The notes below the pieces were generated by a model that saw only the letters and a list, made by a program, of their open reading frames with translations, searched no databases and had not been told where the DNA came from. A DNA stretch of 64,000 nt, from the NCBI GenBank assembly GCA_039812725.1, contig JBDIBD010000001.1, positions 3,550-67,549 of the forward strand, written 5' to 3'. This document shows positions 37,081 through 46,174 of this stretch, in pieces. The position numbers and the translations under genes are program-made. The DNA comes from Vicinamibacteria bacterium. Lineage in GTDB: Bacteria; Acidobacteriota; Vicinamibacteria; Fen-336. The first letter of the stretch is position 1. Every line of letters starts with the position of its first letter.

Positions 37081-37747
37081 GCGCGGGGCCCTCCAGGACT
37101 TCTCGCACCGCCGCCTCGACCGGGTCGATGTGGTCGTGGAGCACGGCCCATACGCGCTCCGGCTCGGCCACGGCGTAGCCGTGGATCAGGACGTGCCTGA
37201 GAGCCGTGATCTGCTCGGCTGGGATTTCCGGGTGCTCGGCCTTGAACCTCGGGCTCAGCTTGTACACCGCCTCGCCCAAGATGGTGAGGCAGCGTTCGGC
37301 GGCGAGCCGCTTCTCGTCCTGGGCGAGGTACGCCTCCCGCGTGACACCCGTGAGAACCAGGCGGGCCTTCGCGATGGCGCTGAGCACGTCCTGGAGGCGC
37401 TCCCGGTCGGTCATCCCCTCTTCGCCGGTGTCCGCGTCCGGCAGTTCGTCGAGCGGGCGCGCCTGCGCCAGGATCTTGTGGTGTCGCCCGGGCTCGAGGG
37501 TGTTGCGGGTGACGACGTCGACACGGCGGCCAAGGATCGCCTCAGCCTCGTCGTGGAAGGCTGCGATCTCGACCGCGCTGACGTCCGGGGGCGGATCGAC
37601 GAGGAGGTCCACGTCGCTGTCGGGCCGAGCCTGCCCGCGCGCGACGGAGCCGAACACGAGCACCGGGCCCATGCGCCGACGCTGCGCCGCGGCGGCCAGC
37701 GCGCGAGCAGCTGACGCCGTGATGACATTCACGCTCGGGCCCTTCAT
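37058..37747 (-). CDS. fused MNT-HepT protein (N-terminal minimal nucleotidyltransferase, C-terminal HEPN/DUF86)
   Basis: GSVARGQARPDSDVDLLVD (MNT motif); RHVLIHGY (HepT Rx4HxY); single 229-aa polypeptide. Confidence 0.75.
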   Translation of the reverse strand: MKGPSVNVITASAARALAAAAQRRRMGPVLVFGSVARGQARPDSDVDLLVDPPPDVSAVEIAAFHDEAEAILGRRVDVVTRNTLEPGRHHKILAQARPLDELPDADTGEEGMTDRERLQDVLSAIAKARLVLTGVTREAYLAQDEKRLAAERCLTILGEAVYKLSPRFKAEHPEIPAEQITALRHVLIHGYAVAEPERVWAVLHDHIDPVEAAVREVLEGPAPELDRSR

Positions 37748-37914
37748 GGTGCAATCACTCTACACCGCCACTCATGGAGCCGCTCCAGCCGGAACCCGGC
37801 CCGCACGCGAGTTGGCGGGCATGGAGCTGCTCCGGCCAGGGCCCAGCGGCGGCCGGGGACCCTGGCCCGGGGCCGGTCCCGCCCTCGATCCAGGTGGGCG
37901 TAGGCTACGGCCGC

Positions 37915-38289
37915 ATGAGAGAGGACTTGGAGGCGGAGCTGGTCGCACTCGCGCCGCCCTGGTTCGGCCAGGGGTTCCGCTTCTACTGCGGCGACGGCTG
38001 GTACTCGCTGCTGCGCGACCTGGTGGTGGCCCTGCGCGCCGTGGATCCTCCGGCCGGCTTCGAGATCACCCACGTGAAGGAGAAGTTCGGAACGCTCCGC
38101 GTCAGGTTCGAGGGCGGCTCGCAAGCCGTCGCGGACATGGTCATGGCCACGCAGCTTCGGAGCGAGAGCGTCTGCGAGGAGTGCGGCGCCTCCGCCGAGA
38201 CGACGCTGCGCAAGCTCGGTGGCCGCTGGGCAACACGATGCGGGCGGTGCCACCTGGGCGCGCAGACCGAGACCGCAACGCGTAGTTGA
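37915..38289 (+). CDS. hypothetical protein with C-terminal CxxC...CxxC zinc ribbon
   Basis: 124 aa; ...CEECGASAETTLRKLGGRWATRCGRC; internal ATG chosen (track ORF starts at 37774 through a Pro/Gly-rich leader). Confidence 0.4.
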   Translation: MREDLEAELVALAPPWFGQGFRFYCGDGWYSLLRDLVVALRAVDPPAGFEITHVKEKFGTLRVRFEGGSQAVADMVMATQLRSESVCEECGASAETTLRKLGGRWATRCGRCHLGAQTETATRS

Positions 38290-38341
38290 CGGACCTGAGG
38301 CGCCAACGGCACCAACTTGCCAAGCGTGGCATATTGGTGCC

Positions 38342-38974
38342 GTGCGCTACGAAGACCTTCTCGGAATCGTCGGGCGATGGCCCACGTTCGAGACCGGCTC
38401 GCTGCTGATCGGGCGTTGGGATCCCGCCGACGTGCGCCGTCAGCTGTCGCGCTGGGTGGCCAGTGGCCGTGTGCTGCAGCTGCGGCGGGGCCTGTACGCC
38501 CTCGCGCCGCCCTACCGGCGCGTCGAGCCCCACCCGTTCCACGTCGCCAACCAGCTCATCCTGGGCTCCTACGTGAGCCTGCAGGCGGCCCTGGCCCACT
38601 ACGGGATGATCCCCGAGGCCACCTTCAGCGTCACGAGCGTGACGCACCGCCGCGCTCGCGACTTCGACACGCCGCTGGGCCGGTTCATCTACCGCAACGT
38701 GAAGCAGGACCTCTTCGCCAGCTACGTGGCCGTCGAGCTCGGCCCAGGCGTCACGTACCACATCGCGACGCCGGAGAAGGCTCTGGCCGACCTGATCCAC
38801 GTGACGCCGCACGGGGACGACCCGGGCTATCTGGCCGAGCTGCGCCTGAACCTGTCCCGCTTCCGCTGGCGCGCCTTCGCCGGTTGGGCCGCCCACAGCG
38901 AGCGTGTGAAGCGTGCCCTGCCGCACGTCCGGGCCCTGCTGCGCGCCGAGGCGGACTTCAAGGAGCTCGCATGA
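38342..38974 (+). CDS. abiEi: type IV TA system AbiEi-family antitoxin
   Basis: N-terminal GRWPTFETGSLLIGRWDPADVRRQLSRWVASGRVLQLRRGLYAL (AbiEi_4-like); GTG at 38342; stop overlaps the abiEii start. Confidence 0.75.
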   Translation: MRYEDLLGIVGRWPTFETGSLLIGRWDPADVRRQLSRWVASGRVLQLRRGLYALAPPYRRVEPHPFHVANQLILGSYVSLQAALAHYGMIPEATFSVTSVTHRRARDFDTPLGRFIYRNVKQDLFASYVAVELGPGVTYHIATPEKALADLIHVTPHGDDPGYLAELRLNLSRFRWRAFAGWAAHSERVKRALPHVRALLRAEADFKELA

Positions 38975-39822
38975 GAGAGGACCTGCTGGCCCTGGCTCGG
39001 AGGCACGAGACCCCGGACGCGCGCCTGAACGTGGTCCGCGAGTGGCTCCAGGCCGCGATACTCAAGGGCCTCGAGCGCCGTGGGGCCATGGCAGCGCTGG
39101 CCTTCCACGGCGGCACGGCCCTGCGCTTCGTCTACGGCATCGGCCGCTACTCGGAGGACCTGGACTTCGCCTGGCACGGACCCCGGACGGCGGGCCAGCC
39201 CGCCGGCTGGCTCGGCCAGGTCAAGACCGACCTGTCCAACCTCGGCATCGCCTGTCGGGCGGGAGTCGCCGAACGGGAGCGCATGGTCGAGGCACGCTTC
39301 GAGTTCCCGGCGCTTGGGAAGGATCTGGGCCTGGAGGCCCTCACCGTCAAGGTCGTGATCGCCCTCCGCGCACCCGCCGCGGCTGGCCTCGAGGTGTCCA
39401 CGGTCACGCGCTTCCAGACGCTGTCGGTGAGGCACCACGACCGGCCGACCTTGTTCGCGGGGAAGCTCCACGCGCTCCTCCATCGGCGCCACACCAAGGG
39501 CCGCGACTACTACGACCTGCTCTGGTACCTGGGCCACCCCAGCTGGCCGGAACCGAACCTGCCGTTCCTGAACGACGCCCTGCGCCAGGTCGCCTGGAAG
39601 GGCGGAGAGCTGACGGCCCCGACCTGGCGCCCTGCCGTGCTCGCCCGCCTACAACGCGTGGACTGGGCCGCCGCCCGCCGTGACGTCGAACCGTTCCTCG
39701 AAGACCCCGAGGAGGCGCGCCTGCTCACGCGCGACGCCCTCGAACGGGCGCTTGCTGCGCCTCAGCGGACCTTCAGCATGCGTGACCTCGCCGATCCTCC
39801 CGGATCCGACCGGGAGCGCTGA
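38971..39822 (+). CDS. abiEii: AbiEii/DUF1814 nucleotidyltransferase toxin
   Basis: FHGGTALRFVYGIGRYSEDLDF signature; AAGGAG RBS; ATGA overlap with abiEi; C-terminus ...PPGSDRER from repeat half-copy C. Confidence 0.85.
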   Translation: MREDLLALARRHETPDARLNVVREWLQAAILKGLERRGAMAALAFHGGTALRFVYGIGRYSEDLDFAWHGPRTAGQPAGWLGQVKTDLSNLGIACRAGVAERERMVEARFEFPALGKDLGLEALTVKVVIALRAPAAAGLEVSTVTRFQTLSVRHHDRPTLFAGKLHALLHRRHTKGRDYYDLLWYLGHPSWPEPNLPFLNDALRQVAWKGGELTAPTWRPAVLARLQRVDWAAARRDVEPFLEDPEEARLLTRDALERALAAPQRTFSMRDLADPPGSDRER

Positions 39823-39830
39823 CGGCGGCA
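39800..39830. repeat. palindromic repeat element, left half-copy C (CCGACCGGGAGCGCTGAC)
   Basis: Seen in sequence. Confidence 0.5.
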
Positions 39831-39897
39831 CAGGGCAACGCAGCCCCCGGGGGGCTTTCGCCGCACCCGGTGCGTTGAATCGTGTCACAATCGACGC

Positions 39898-41079
39898 ATG
39901 TCGGACAGGGTCTACATCTGGCAGCAGCCCGACTGGCCACGGTGGCGCTACGACGCCGCGCACGTCAGCGGCGCTCTGGCCCAGGCGCACCACGCCCAGG
40001 GCCACCTCCTCGGGCGTACGGGCGACCTGGGCTTCGAGGTGCAGGGCCGGGCCCGACTCGACGCGCTGACCGAAGAGGTCCTGAAGACCAGCGCGATCGA
40101 GGGCGAGACGCTGCGGGTCGAGGCTGTGCGTTCGTCCGTCGCGCGGCGCCTGGGCGTCGACATCGGGGCCCTCGGCCCGGCCGACCGGCACGTGGACGGT
40201 GTCGTGGACATGGTGCTCGACGCGACCGCGCGCCATGACCAGCCACTCACGGCGGAACGCCTTTGCGCCTGGCACGCGGCGCTGTTTCCCACGGGCTACA
40301 GCGGCCTCCGGAAGATCCGCGCGGGGGCCTGGCGCGACGACGCCTCGGGACCCATGCAGGTCGTGTCCGGCGCCCTGGGCCGGGAGGAGGTCGTCCACTA
40401 CCAGGCCCCGCCGGCCGCCGGGCTCGAGGCCGACCTGGCCGCCTTCCTGGCCTGGTTCAACTCGGACGAGCCGGGCGACCCGCTGATCAAGGCCGGCCTG
40501 GCGCACCTGTGGCTCGTGACGCTGCACCCGTTCGACGACGGGAACGGCCGCATCGCTCGCGCGGTGGGGGACATGGCGCTGGCTCGCGCCGAGCGCTCCT
40601 CCCAGCGCCTCTACAGCCTCTCCGCCCAGGTGCAGCGCGAGCGCGCGGACTACTACGCCGTCCTCGAGCGCACCCAGGCCGGCTCGCTCGACGTGACCGA
40701 CTGGCTCGCCTGGTACCTGCGCTGCCTGCTGCGGGCGCTGCAGGGCGCCGAGCTGACCTTCGACGCGGTGCTGCACAAGGCCCGCTTCTGGCAGCGCTGG
40801 GCCGGCACGACCTTCAACGCCCGCCAGGTGAAGCTGCTCAACCGGCTGCTCGACGGGTTCGACGGCAAGCTGACCAGCAGCAGGTGGGCGGCGCTCGCCA
40901 GGTGCTCGCACGACACCGCCCTGCGCGACATCTCGGCCCTGCTCGAGCGCGGGGTGCTGGTGCGCGCCGCGGCCGGCGGCCGCAGCACCCACTACCTCCT
41001 CGGTGACGCGCCCTCGGGCTTGGACCGCGGCATGGAGCAGTTCCAGCCGGAGCCCGGCGGGACCGACCGGGAACGCTGA
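39898..41079 (+). CDS. Fic family protein (N-terminal DUF4172 + Fic/DOC domain)
   Basis: Fic motif HPFDDGNGRIARA; 393 aa; C-terminus ...MEQFQPEPGGTDRER from repeat half-copy D. Confidence 0.85.
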   Translation: MSDRVYIWQQPDWPRWRYDAAHVSGALAQAHHAQGHLLGRTGDLGFEVQGRARLDALTEEVLKTSAIEGETLRVEAVRSSVARRLGVDIGALGPADRHVDGVVDMVLDATARHDQPLTAERLCAWHAALFPTGYSGLRKIRAGAWRDDASGPMQVVSGALGREEVVHYQAPPAAGLEADLAAFLAWFNSDEPGDPLIKAGLAHLWLVTLHPFDDGNGRIARAVGDMALARAERSSQRLYSLSAQVQRERADYYAVLERTQAGSLDVTDWLAWYLRCLLRALQGAELTFDAVLHKARFWQRWAGTTFNARQVKLLNRLLDGFDGKLTSSRWAALARCSHDTALRDISALLERGVLVRAAAGGRSTHYLLGDAPSGLDRGMEQFQPEPGGTDRER

Positions 41080-41085
41080 GCAGGC
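41034..41085. repeat. palindromic repeat element, left half-copy D
   Basis: GAGCAGTTCCAGCCGGAGCCCGGCGGGACCGACCGGGAACGCTGA. Confidence 0.5.
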
Positions 41086-41111
41086 ACCTCGGCGCGCGGG
41101 GCCTGGACTTC

Positions 41112-41531
41112 CTACAGTTCGGCCAGGCTCCTGACGTGGCGGGCCAGGGGGCCTACCCCCAAGGCCCGAACAAGACGCTCGTCGGCCGTCACCAGGGTGC
41201 AGTCGTGGGCGACTGCCAAGGCCACGTAGATCGCGTCGTAGACCGTTCTCCCGTGAGCCAGCGCAATCTCCAGCGCGGCCGCCGTCAGGTCCCGACTCGG
41301 CGTCACCGCCAGCGGCACCTTGCTGATCCCCGAGAGCACGGCCCTGGCTTCGGCGGTGGTCAGCTCCCGGCGAGACACCTTCTTCCAGAGGACGTTCCCC
41401 AGCTCCGCGAACAGGAGGTCCGGCGCCAGCAGGTCCCGTGTCCCGTCCAGCAGCCCTTCGGCCTCAGCCGACAGCTCTTCCGGGACGAACCACTTGATCG
41501 CGACCGCGCAGTCGACCACCACAGCGCTCAA
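41112..41531 (-). CDS. vapC: VapC (PIN domain) toxin
   Basis: 139 aa; PIN layout (VVVDCAVAIKW..., conserved acidic residues); overlaps vapB by ATGA. Confidence 0.8.
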   Translation of the reverse strand: MSAVVVDCAVAIKWFVPEELSAEAEGLLDGTRDLLAPDLLFAELGNVLWKKVSRRELTTAEARAVLSGISKVPLAVTPSRDLTAAALEIALAHGRTVYDAIYVALAVAHDCTLVTADERLVRALGVGPLARHVRSLAEL

Positions 41532-41758
41532 CGCGCGCGATCCTCCCGCAGCAGATCCACGCTGTCGGTGTGGCTCCGGCCGCCCAGCTTCCGACGCAGC
41601 TGCGCCGCCAGCGTCCGGACCCCAGCCCAGTCCTCGGCAGCGGCGGTCTCGAGAATCACGCGCAGCTCGGCCTCCAAGGACCGCCCCCGACGCTTGGCGC
41701 GGTCCTTGAGCTTCGCGACCACGGCGCCGTCGAGGTCTCGAATCAGCACTTGTGCCAC
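41528..41758 (-). CDS. vapB: VapB-type antitoxin (RHH/FitA-like)
   Basis: 76 aa; MAQVLIRDLDGAVVAKLKDRAKRRGRSLEAELRVIL typical RHH antitoxin. Confidence 0.7.
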   Translation of the reverse strand: MAQVLIRDLDGAVVAKLKDRAKRRGRSLEAELRVILETAAAEDWAGVRTLAAQLRRKLGGRSHTDSVDLLREDRAR

Positions 41759-41770
41759 GGCCCCCCCAAG

Positions 41771-41792
41771 ACGCTAGCTAGCAGAATGCTAG
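41771..41792. promoter_or_regulatory. GCTAGC-repeat palindromic motif (CGCTAGCTAGCAGAATGCTAGC) just upstream of vapB; candidate operator/promoter for VapB autoregulation
   Basis: Seen in sequence; RHH antitoxins bind palindromic operators (established); coordinates approximate. Confidence 0.35.
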
Positions 41793-41860
41793 CACCGAGA
41801 CGTGCAGCCGGCCACCTGCCGCGAGCGGCGCCCACGCTGGCGCGGGCGTCCCTGCGCCCC

Positions 41861-41935
41861 CGCGTCAGCGGCCCCGGTCCGGCTCCCGGGAAGGGGGTGG
41901 GGCCAGGTCGGCCATGGTCATCCGGCGGACCGGCA
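41861..41935. repeat. palindromic repeat element, right-half long variant copy E (CGCGTCAGCGGCCCCGGTCCGGCTCCCGGGAAGGGGGTGGGGCCAGGTCGGCCATGGTCATCCGGCGGACCGG), not attached to a gene
   Basis: Same ~72-bp sequence recurs at 43866-43935 and 51403-51475. Confidence 0.65.
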
Positions 41936-42046
41936 GGAGGCTGGGCCGTGTACGCCGCCTTTCACTCATCGGCCCGCCTGGCGCAGTGTTGCCAATTGGT
42001 GCGACATCGGGTAATATTCCTACCCACAAGCAGACTCTGTAGCAAC

Positions 42047-42844
42047 ATGAACACGGTGGCCTTCCTGCAAACCCGGCAGGTCTTCAGCCTCGAGGACGCG
42101 CGGCGCGCGCTCAAGCCGAGCGCGTCCAGCGGGACGATGCAGGCGCGGCTGAAGTACTACGTTCGCACCGGACGGCTGCTGCCTGTGACCCGCGGCGTGT
42201 ACGCGGCCGTCCCGCACGGCCTCGAGGCCGTGCGCTTCCACCCCGACCCGTTCCTCGTCGCGGCGACGGTCCGGCCGGACGCGGTGTTCACGTTCTACTC
42301 GGCGCTGTCGCTCCTCGGGGCAGCTCGCGTGGACTGGAACGTCGTTACCGTCGCGACCTCGAGGCGCCGGCGCCCGTTGGCGGTGGCCGGCGTCCAGGTC
42401 GACTTCCTGTCGATAGCGCCGAGCCTGGCTCGCCTCCACAAGCAGGGCGTCGGCCTGAGGACCGTTGACCGGGTGGGCCGGCTGCTGCGAGTCACCGGCC
42501 CCGAGCGCACCCTCGTCGAGGGCTTCCGCGAGCCTGGGCGGATGGGAGGAGTGAGCGAGCTCGTGGAGGCCGCCGCGGGCCTTCCCGTGCTGGACCTGGA
42601 CCTCGTCGAGCGCTTCCTCCGCGCCTTCGACGAGAAGGTGCTGTGGGCCGCGGTCGGCTGGTTCCTCGAGCGCCACCGGAGGTCCTTCTCCGTCCCCGAT
42701 GCGTACCTGGCCCGGCTGGAGCGGCACCGGCCGCGCTCGCGTTTGTACCTCGTGCGCCGCGAGGGCCGTGGGCGCCTCGCCTCGCGCTGGAACCTCATGC
42801 TCCCAGAGCGGGTCATGCAGGCCGGAGAGCCCGATGAACGTTAG
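42047..42844 (+). CDS. abiEi: type IV TA system AbiEi-family antitoxin
   Basis: ATG at 42047; AbiEi-like N-terminus (…RLKYYVRTGRLLPVTRGVYA); overlaps downstream abiEii by 11 nt. Confidence 0.7.
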   Translation: MNTVAFLQTRQVFSLEDARRALKPSASSGTMQARLKYYVRTGRLLPVTRGVYAAVPHGLEAVRFHPDPFLVAATVRPDAVFTFYSALSLLGAARVDWNVVTVATSRRRRPLAVAGVQVDFLSIAPSLARLHKQGVGLRTVDRVGRLLRVTGPERTLVEGFREPGRMGGVSELVEAAAGLPVLDLDLVERFLRAFDEKVLWAAVGWFLERHRRSFSVPDAYLARLERHRPRSRLYLVRREGRGRLASRWNLMLPERVMQAGEPDER

Positions 42845-43832
42845 CCGACAGACGCTCGACTCGCTCGCTGCCCAGACGGGCTTCCGGCCAGGCACGCTGG
42901 AGAAGGTGGTCCGTCTCGGCCAGCTCGCGGCCGACATCAGCCGGCAGCCAGTGCTCTCACGAGTGCTCGCCCTGAAGGGAGGCACAGCGCTCAATCTCGG
43001 CTTCGGCCCCCCGAGCCGCCTGTCCGTGGACCTCGATCTCAACTACGTCGGGAGCGCTGACCGGGAGGCAATGCTCCGCGACCGGCCCATCGTCGAGCGG
43101 CTGATCGAGCAGATAGGGAGGGGCCAGGGCTACCGCCTGCAGTGGTCGGCCGACGAGCACGCGGGGCGCAAGGTGTACCTGCGCTTCCAGAGCCCGCTCG
43201 GCGGCGCCGACGACGTGCAGATCGACTTGAACTTCCTCTTCAGGGTTCCGCTCGGCGAGCCCGGCGTGAGGGAGCTTTGGCAGCCAGGTGACCTTGCCCG
43301 GCCCAGCCTTCGCATGGCGGCCTTCGTTGAGATCGCGGCGGGCAAGCTCGTCGCCACCCTCGCGCGAGGCCTCCCGCGGGATCTCTATGACACCGCACGC
43401 CTGCCGCGGCTCGATGCTGACAACTGGGCCCACCCAAGCCTTAGGCGCACGTTCGTAGCCTTGGCCGGTGTGCTCGACAGACCGTTGACGGCCTACAACG
43501 AAGACCGCATGCGGGTCACGGATGAGCAAGTGCGCCAGCAGCTGGATCCTATGCTCGCACGGCACACCCGGATCTCGGCCGCGGATCTCAATGCGGGTGC
43601 CTGGCAGGTTCTCTCTCCACTGCTGGACCTCACCGCCGCCGAACGGGAGTACACGGAGCGACTGCAGCGCGGTGAACTACAGCCGGACCTGCTGTTCCCG
43701 GACGACAGCGAGATGGCCAAACGGCTGAGCCATCATCCGGCCCTTCTCTGGAAGATGGCCAACGCCCGAGAGCACGTGGCGAAGCGCCTGGAGCGGTTCC
43801 CTCCTGCACCACGGGGCGATTTCGACCGCTGA
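42834..43832 (+). CDS. abiEii: AbiEii/DUF1814 nucleotidyltransferase toxin
   Basis: LKGGTALNLGFGPPSRLSVDLDLNY signature; 332 aa. Confidence 0.8.
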   Translation: MNVSRQTLDSLAAQTGFRPGTLEKVVRLGQLAADISRQPVLSRVLALKGGTALNLGFGPPSRLSVDLDLNYVGSADREAMLRDRPIVERLIEQIGRGQGYRLQWSADEHAGRKVYLRFQSPLGGADDVQIDLNFLFRVPLGEPGVRELWQPGDLARPSLRMAAFVEIAAGKLVATLARGLPRDLYDTARLPRLDADNWAHPSLRRTFVALAGVLDRPLTAYNEDRMRVTDEQVRQQLDPMLARHTRISAADLNAGAWQVLSPLLDLTAAEREYTERLQRGELQPDLLFPDDSEMAKRLSHHPALLWKMANAREHVAKRLERFPPAPRGDFDR

Positions 43833-43844
43833 GCGCTGCGCCGG

Positions 43845-43935
43845 CGGATCCGACCGCGAGCGCTGACCGCATCAGCGGCCCCGGTCCGGCTCCCGGGAAG
43901 GGGGTGGGGCCAGGTCGGCCATGGTCATCCGGCGG
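43845..43935. repeat. palindromic repeat element copy F (GCGCTGACCGCATCAGCGG + long right variant); supplies stop and last ~20 codons of the minus-strand ATPase gene
   Basis: Seen in sequence. Confidence 0.65.
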
Positions 43936-44098
43936 ACCGGCTCCGGAAGCTCGAGCGCGAAGCGCCACGCGGGCCGCACCGGCACCTGGCGGCCGTCGCA
44001 CAGCTGCAGCGGCTCGGATTCGAGGCGTGACACGACCAGGGGTGTCGCCGAAGGGTGCTCCTCGAGCGCCTCGGCGAGGGCGCGCGACTCGCGCTCCC
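43866..44098. repeat. ~230-bp segment (3' end of ATPase gene + repeat) duplicated at 51400-51623 (~93% identity)
   Basis: Direct comparison of both stretches in the window. Confidence 0.7.
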
Positions 44099-45263
44099 GC
44101 GCCTGCTCCGAGCTCAGGTCCGCACACGACTGCACGAGCAGCGTCTCGTCGCCCCGAACCGCCAGGAAGTCCACCTCATAGCCCGAGCGCGTGCGGACGT
44201 AGCGCAGCTCGTACCCCCGCCGGCGCAGCTCGAGGAAGACCGCGTTCTCGAGCAGGTGCCCGGTGCCCTCACCCGCGCGGGCATAGAGCCTGGCGAGGCC
44301 CGTGTCGACCGCATAGACCTTGCGCGGGTTCGAGTGCTCCACCCGCAGCGAGCTGGCGGCGATCGGGACGGTGAACACCAGATAGGCGTCCTCCAGGTAC
44401 TCCAGGTACTCGTACACGGTGTTCTTGCTGACGAGCAGGCCCTGCGAGCGCATGTCGTTGTGCACACGATGCACGCTGAAGAGCCCCCCGACGTTCGCCA
44501 GGAGGCTGGCCTGCAGGTAGCGCAGCGCGGGCACGTTGGCGATGCGGTAGCGGTCCACGATGTCGCGCATCAGGACGACGCTGACGTAGCCGCGCAGGAT
44601 CTCCCGGAACGTGGCGTCGTCGCGGATCTCCTGGACCGCCGGGAAGCCGCCCTGCTGGAGGAAGAGATCGAAGGCCGACGCGAGGGTGTGCCTCTCGCCG
44701 GCCGGGGGCGGGAAGCGCTTCGGCACCGGCAGCCGGGCATGCCTGAGCGACTCGTCGAACCCGAAGGGCAACAGCTCCGTGGTCACGCTGCGACCGCGCA
44801 TGGCGGTGCCGATCTCCCGTGAGAGCAGCTTCGAGGACGACCCGCTCAGGACCACCCGCACTCCGTCGTCGAGCAGGCGCCGCACGAACGGCTCCCAGCC
44901 CGGGACGTTCTGGATCTCGTCCAGGTAGAACTGGGCCTGTTGCGGCCGCGTGGCGGGGTGCCGCCGGAAGAAGGCCTCGGGAACGAGCTGCAGCTCGTCC
45001 GCGCGCAGGCCGAGCAGACGCTCGTCCTCGAAGCTCAGGTACAGGAGCCGGTCGCGGCCTACGCCCGCGCGCTCCTGCTCCTGGATCTGCTGCAGCATGA
45101 GGGAGGTCTTCCCGCTCCGGCGCATGCCGATGACGACGTCTGCCTGGCCGGGAACGGCGGGCAGGCGGACCCTGCGGGGCGTGAGCGCTGGCAGCGACCG
45201 CGTCTCGAAGTCGGCCACCAAGGTCTCGATGACGCTGGCGCGGCCCCCGACCTGTCTCTCCAC
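43872..45263 (-). CDS. AAA+ ATPase with DUF4143 (AAA_14 family)
   Basis: 463 aa; P-loop GMRRSGKTS; DUF4143-like C-terminal region; GTG start at 45263. Confidence 0.8.
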   Translation of the reverse strand: MERQVGGRASVIETLVADFETRSLPALTPRRVRLPAVPGQADVVIGMRRSGKTSLMLQQIQEQERAGVGRDRLLYLSFEDERLLGLRADELQLVPEAFFRRHPATRPQQAQFYLDEIQNVPGWEPFVRRLLDDGVRVVLSGSSSKLLSREIGTAMRGRSVTTELLPFGFDESLRHARLPVPKRFPPPAGERHTLASAFDLFLQQGGFPAVQEIRDDATFREILRGYVSVVLMRDIVDRYRIANVPALRYLQASLLANVGGLFSVHRVHNDMRSQGLLVSKNTVYEYLEYLEDAYLVFTVPIAASSLRVEHSNPRKVYAVDTGLARLYARAGEGTGHLLENAVFLELRRRGYELRYVRTRSGYEVDFLAVRGDETLLVQSCADLSSEQARERESRALAEALEEHPSATPLVVSRLESEPLQLCDGRQVPVRPAWRFALELPEPVRRMTMADLAPPPSREPDRGR

Positions 45264-45370
45264 GAGGGACAGATTATCACGAATGTGTCCCTTGGCGGGA
45301 GATACATTTCAGGCAGCAGCTCAACCTCTGCCGGCATTCGCTTGCGCATAGCTGCGCCCAGCGTTACTTT

Positions 45371-46174
45371 ATGGGCGTGGATGCGGGGATCCGCGCCTCT
45401 GACGCAGTGGACGACCTTGCGGCCCGGGGACGGTACTCCTTCACCACGGCAGAGATGCGCCGCCTGCTCGGCACCTCGGACGTGGCCACGCGCGCGGCCC
45501 TGCGCCGCCTCACCGCCAAGGGCAAGCTGGCCATGCCCGCTCGTGGCTTCCACGTCATCGTCCCGCCCGAGTACCGCACCCTGGGCTGCCTTCCCGCAGC
45601 GCAGTTCGTGCCCGACCTCATGCGGCACCTGCGGCTGCCGTACTACGCCGGCCTGCTGACGGCCGCCGCGTATCACGGCGCCAGCCACCAGGCGGTCATG
45701 GTCTTCCAGGTGGTCCTCCCCAGGACCCGCCGCCCGATCGAGTGCGGCCGCGTCCGGGTCGAGTTCGTGGCGCGCAAGAACGTCGACGCCGTGAAGTGCC
45801 AGGAGATGGCCACGCCGCGTGGGATGCTCCGCGTCTCCGCGCCCGAGGGCACCGCCCTCGACCTGGCCGGCTACCCGCACCACGCCGGCGGCCTGTCGAG
45901 CGTCGCTACCGTCCTGGCCGAGCTGCGCGAGCGCCTCGACCCGGCCGGGCTCGCACGCGCGGCCGAGTCCGTCCCGGTGCCCTGGGCGCAGCGTCTGGGC
46001 TTCCTCCTCGACCTGGTCGGCGGGGGGGACTGCACGCCCCAGCTCGCGGCGCACGTGGCCCGCCGGGCCAAGGACTACGTCCTCCTCGCCCCCGGCCGAC
46101 CGGCCCAGAACGCCACCAGGGACAAGCGCTGGCGCGTGCGGGTCAACGCACCCGTCGAGCCCGACGACCTGTGA
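45371..46174 (+). CDS. abiEi: type IV TA system AbiEi-family antitoxin
   Basis: 267 aa; AbiEi N-terminal HTH-like region (AEMRRLLGTSDVATRAALRRLTAKGKLAMPARGFHV). Confidence 0.75.
   Translation: MGVDAGIRASDAVDDLAARGRYSFTTAEMRRLLGTSDVATRAALRRLTAKGKLAMPARGFHVIVPPEYRTLGCLPAAQFVPDLMRHLRLPYYAGLLTAAAYHGASHQAVMVFQVVLPRTRRPIECGRVRVEFVARKNVDAVKCQEMATPRGMLRVSAPEGTALDLAGYPHHAGGLSSVATVLAELRERLDPAGLARAAESVPVPWAQRLGFLLDLVGGGDCTPQLAAHVARRAKDYVLLAPGRPAQNATRDKRWRVRVNAPVEPDDL

Noticed and set aside
38317-38970. N-terminal half of the 501-aa track ORF 38317..39822
   Set aside because: Overlaps abiEi in another frame with Pro/Arg-rich junk; the real AbiEii starts at ATG 38971 with an AAGGAG RBS.
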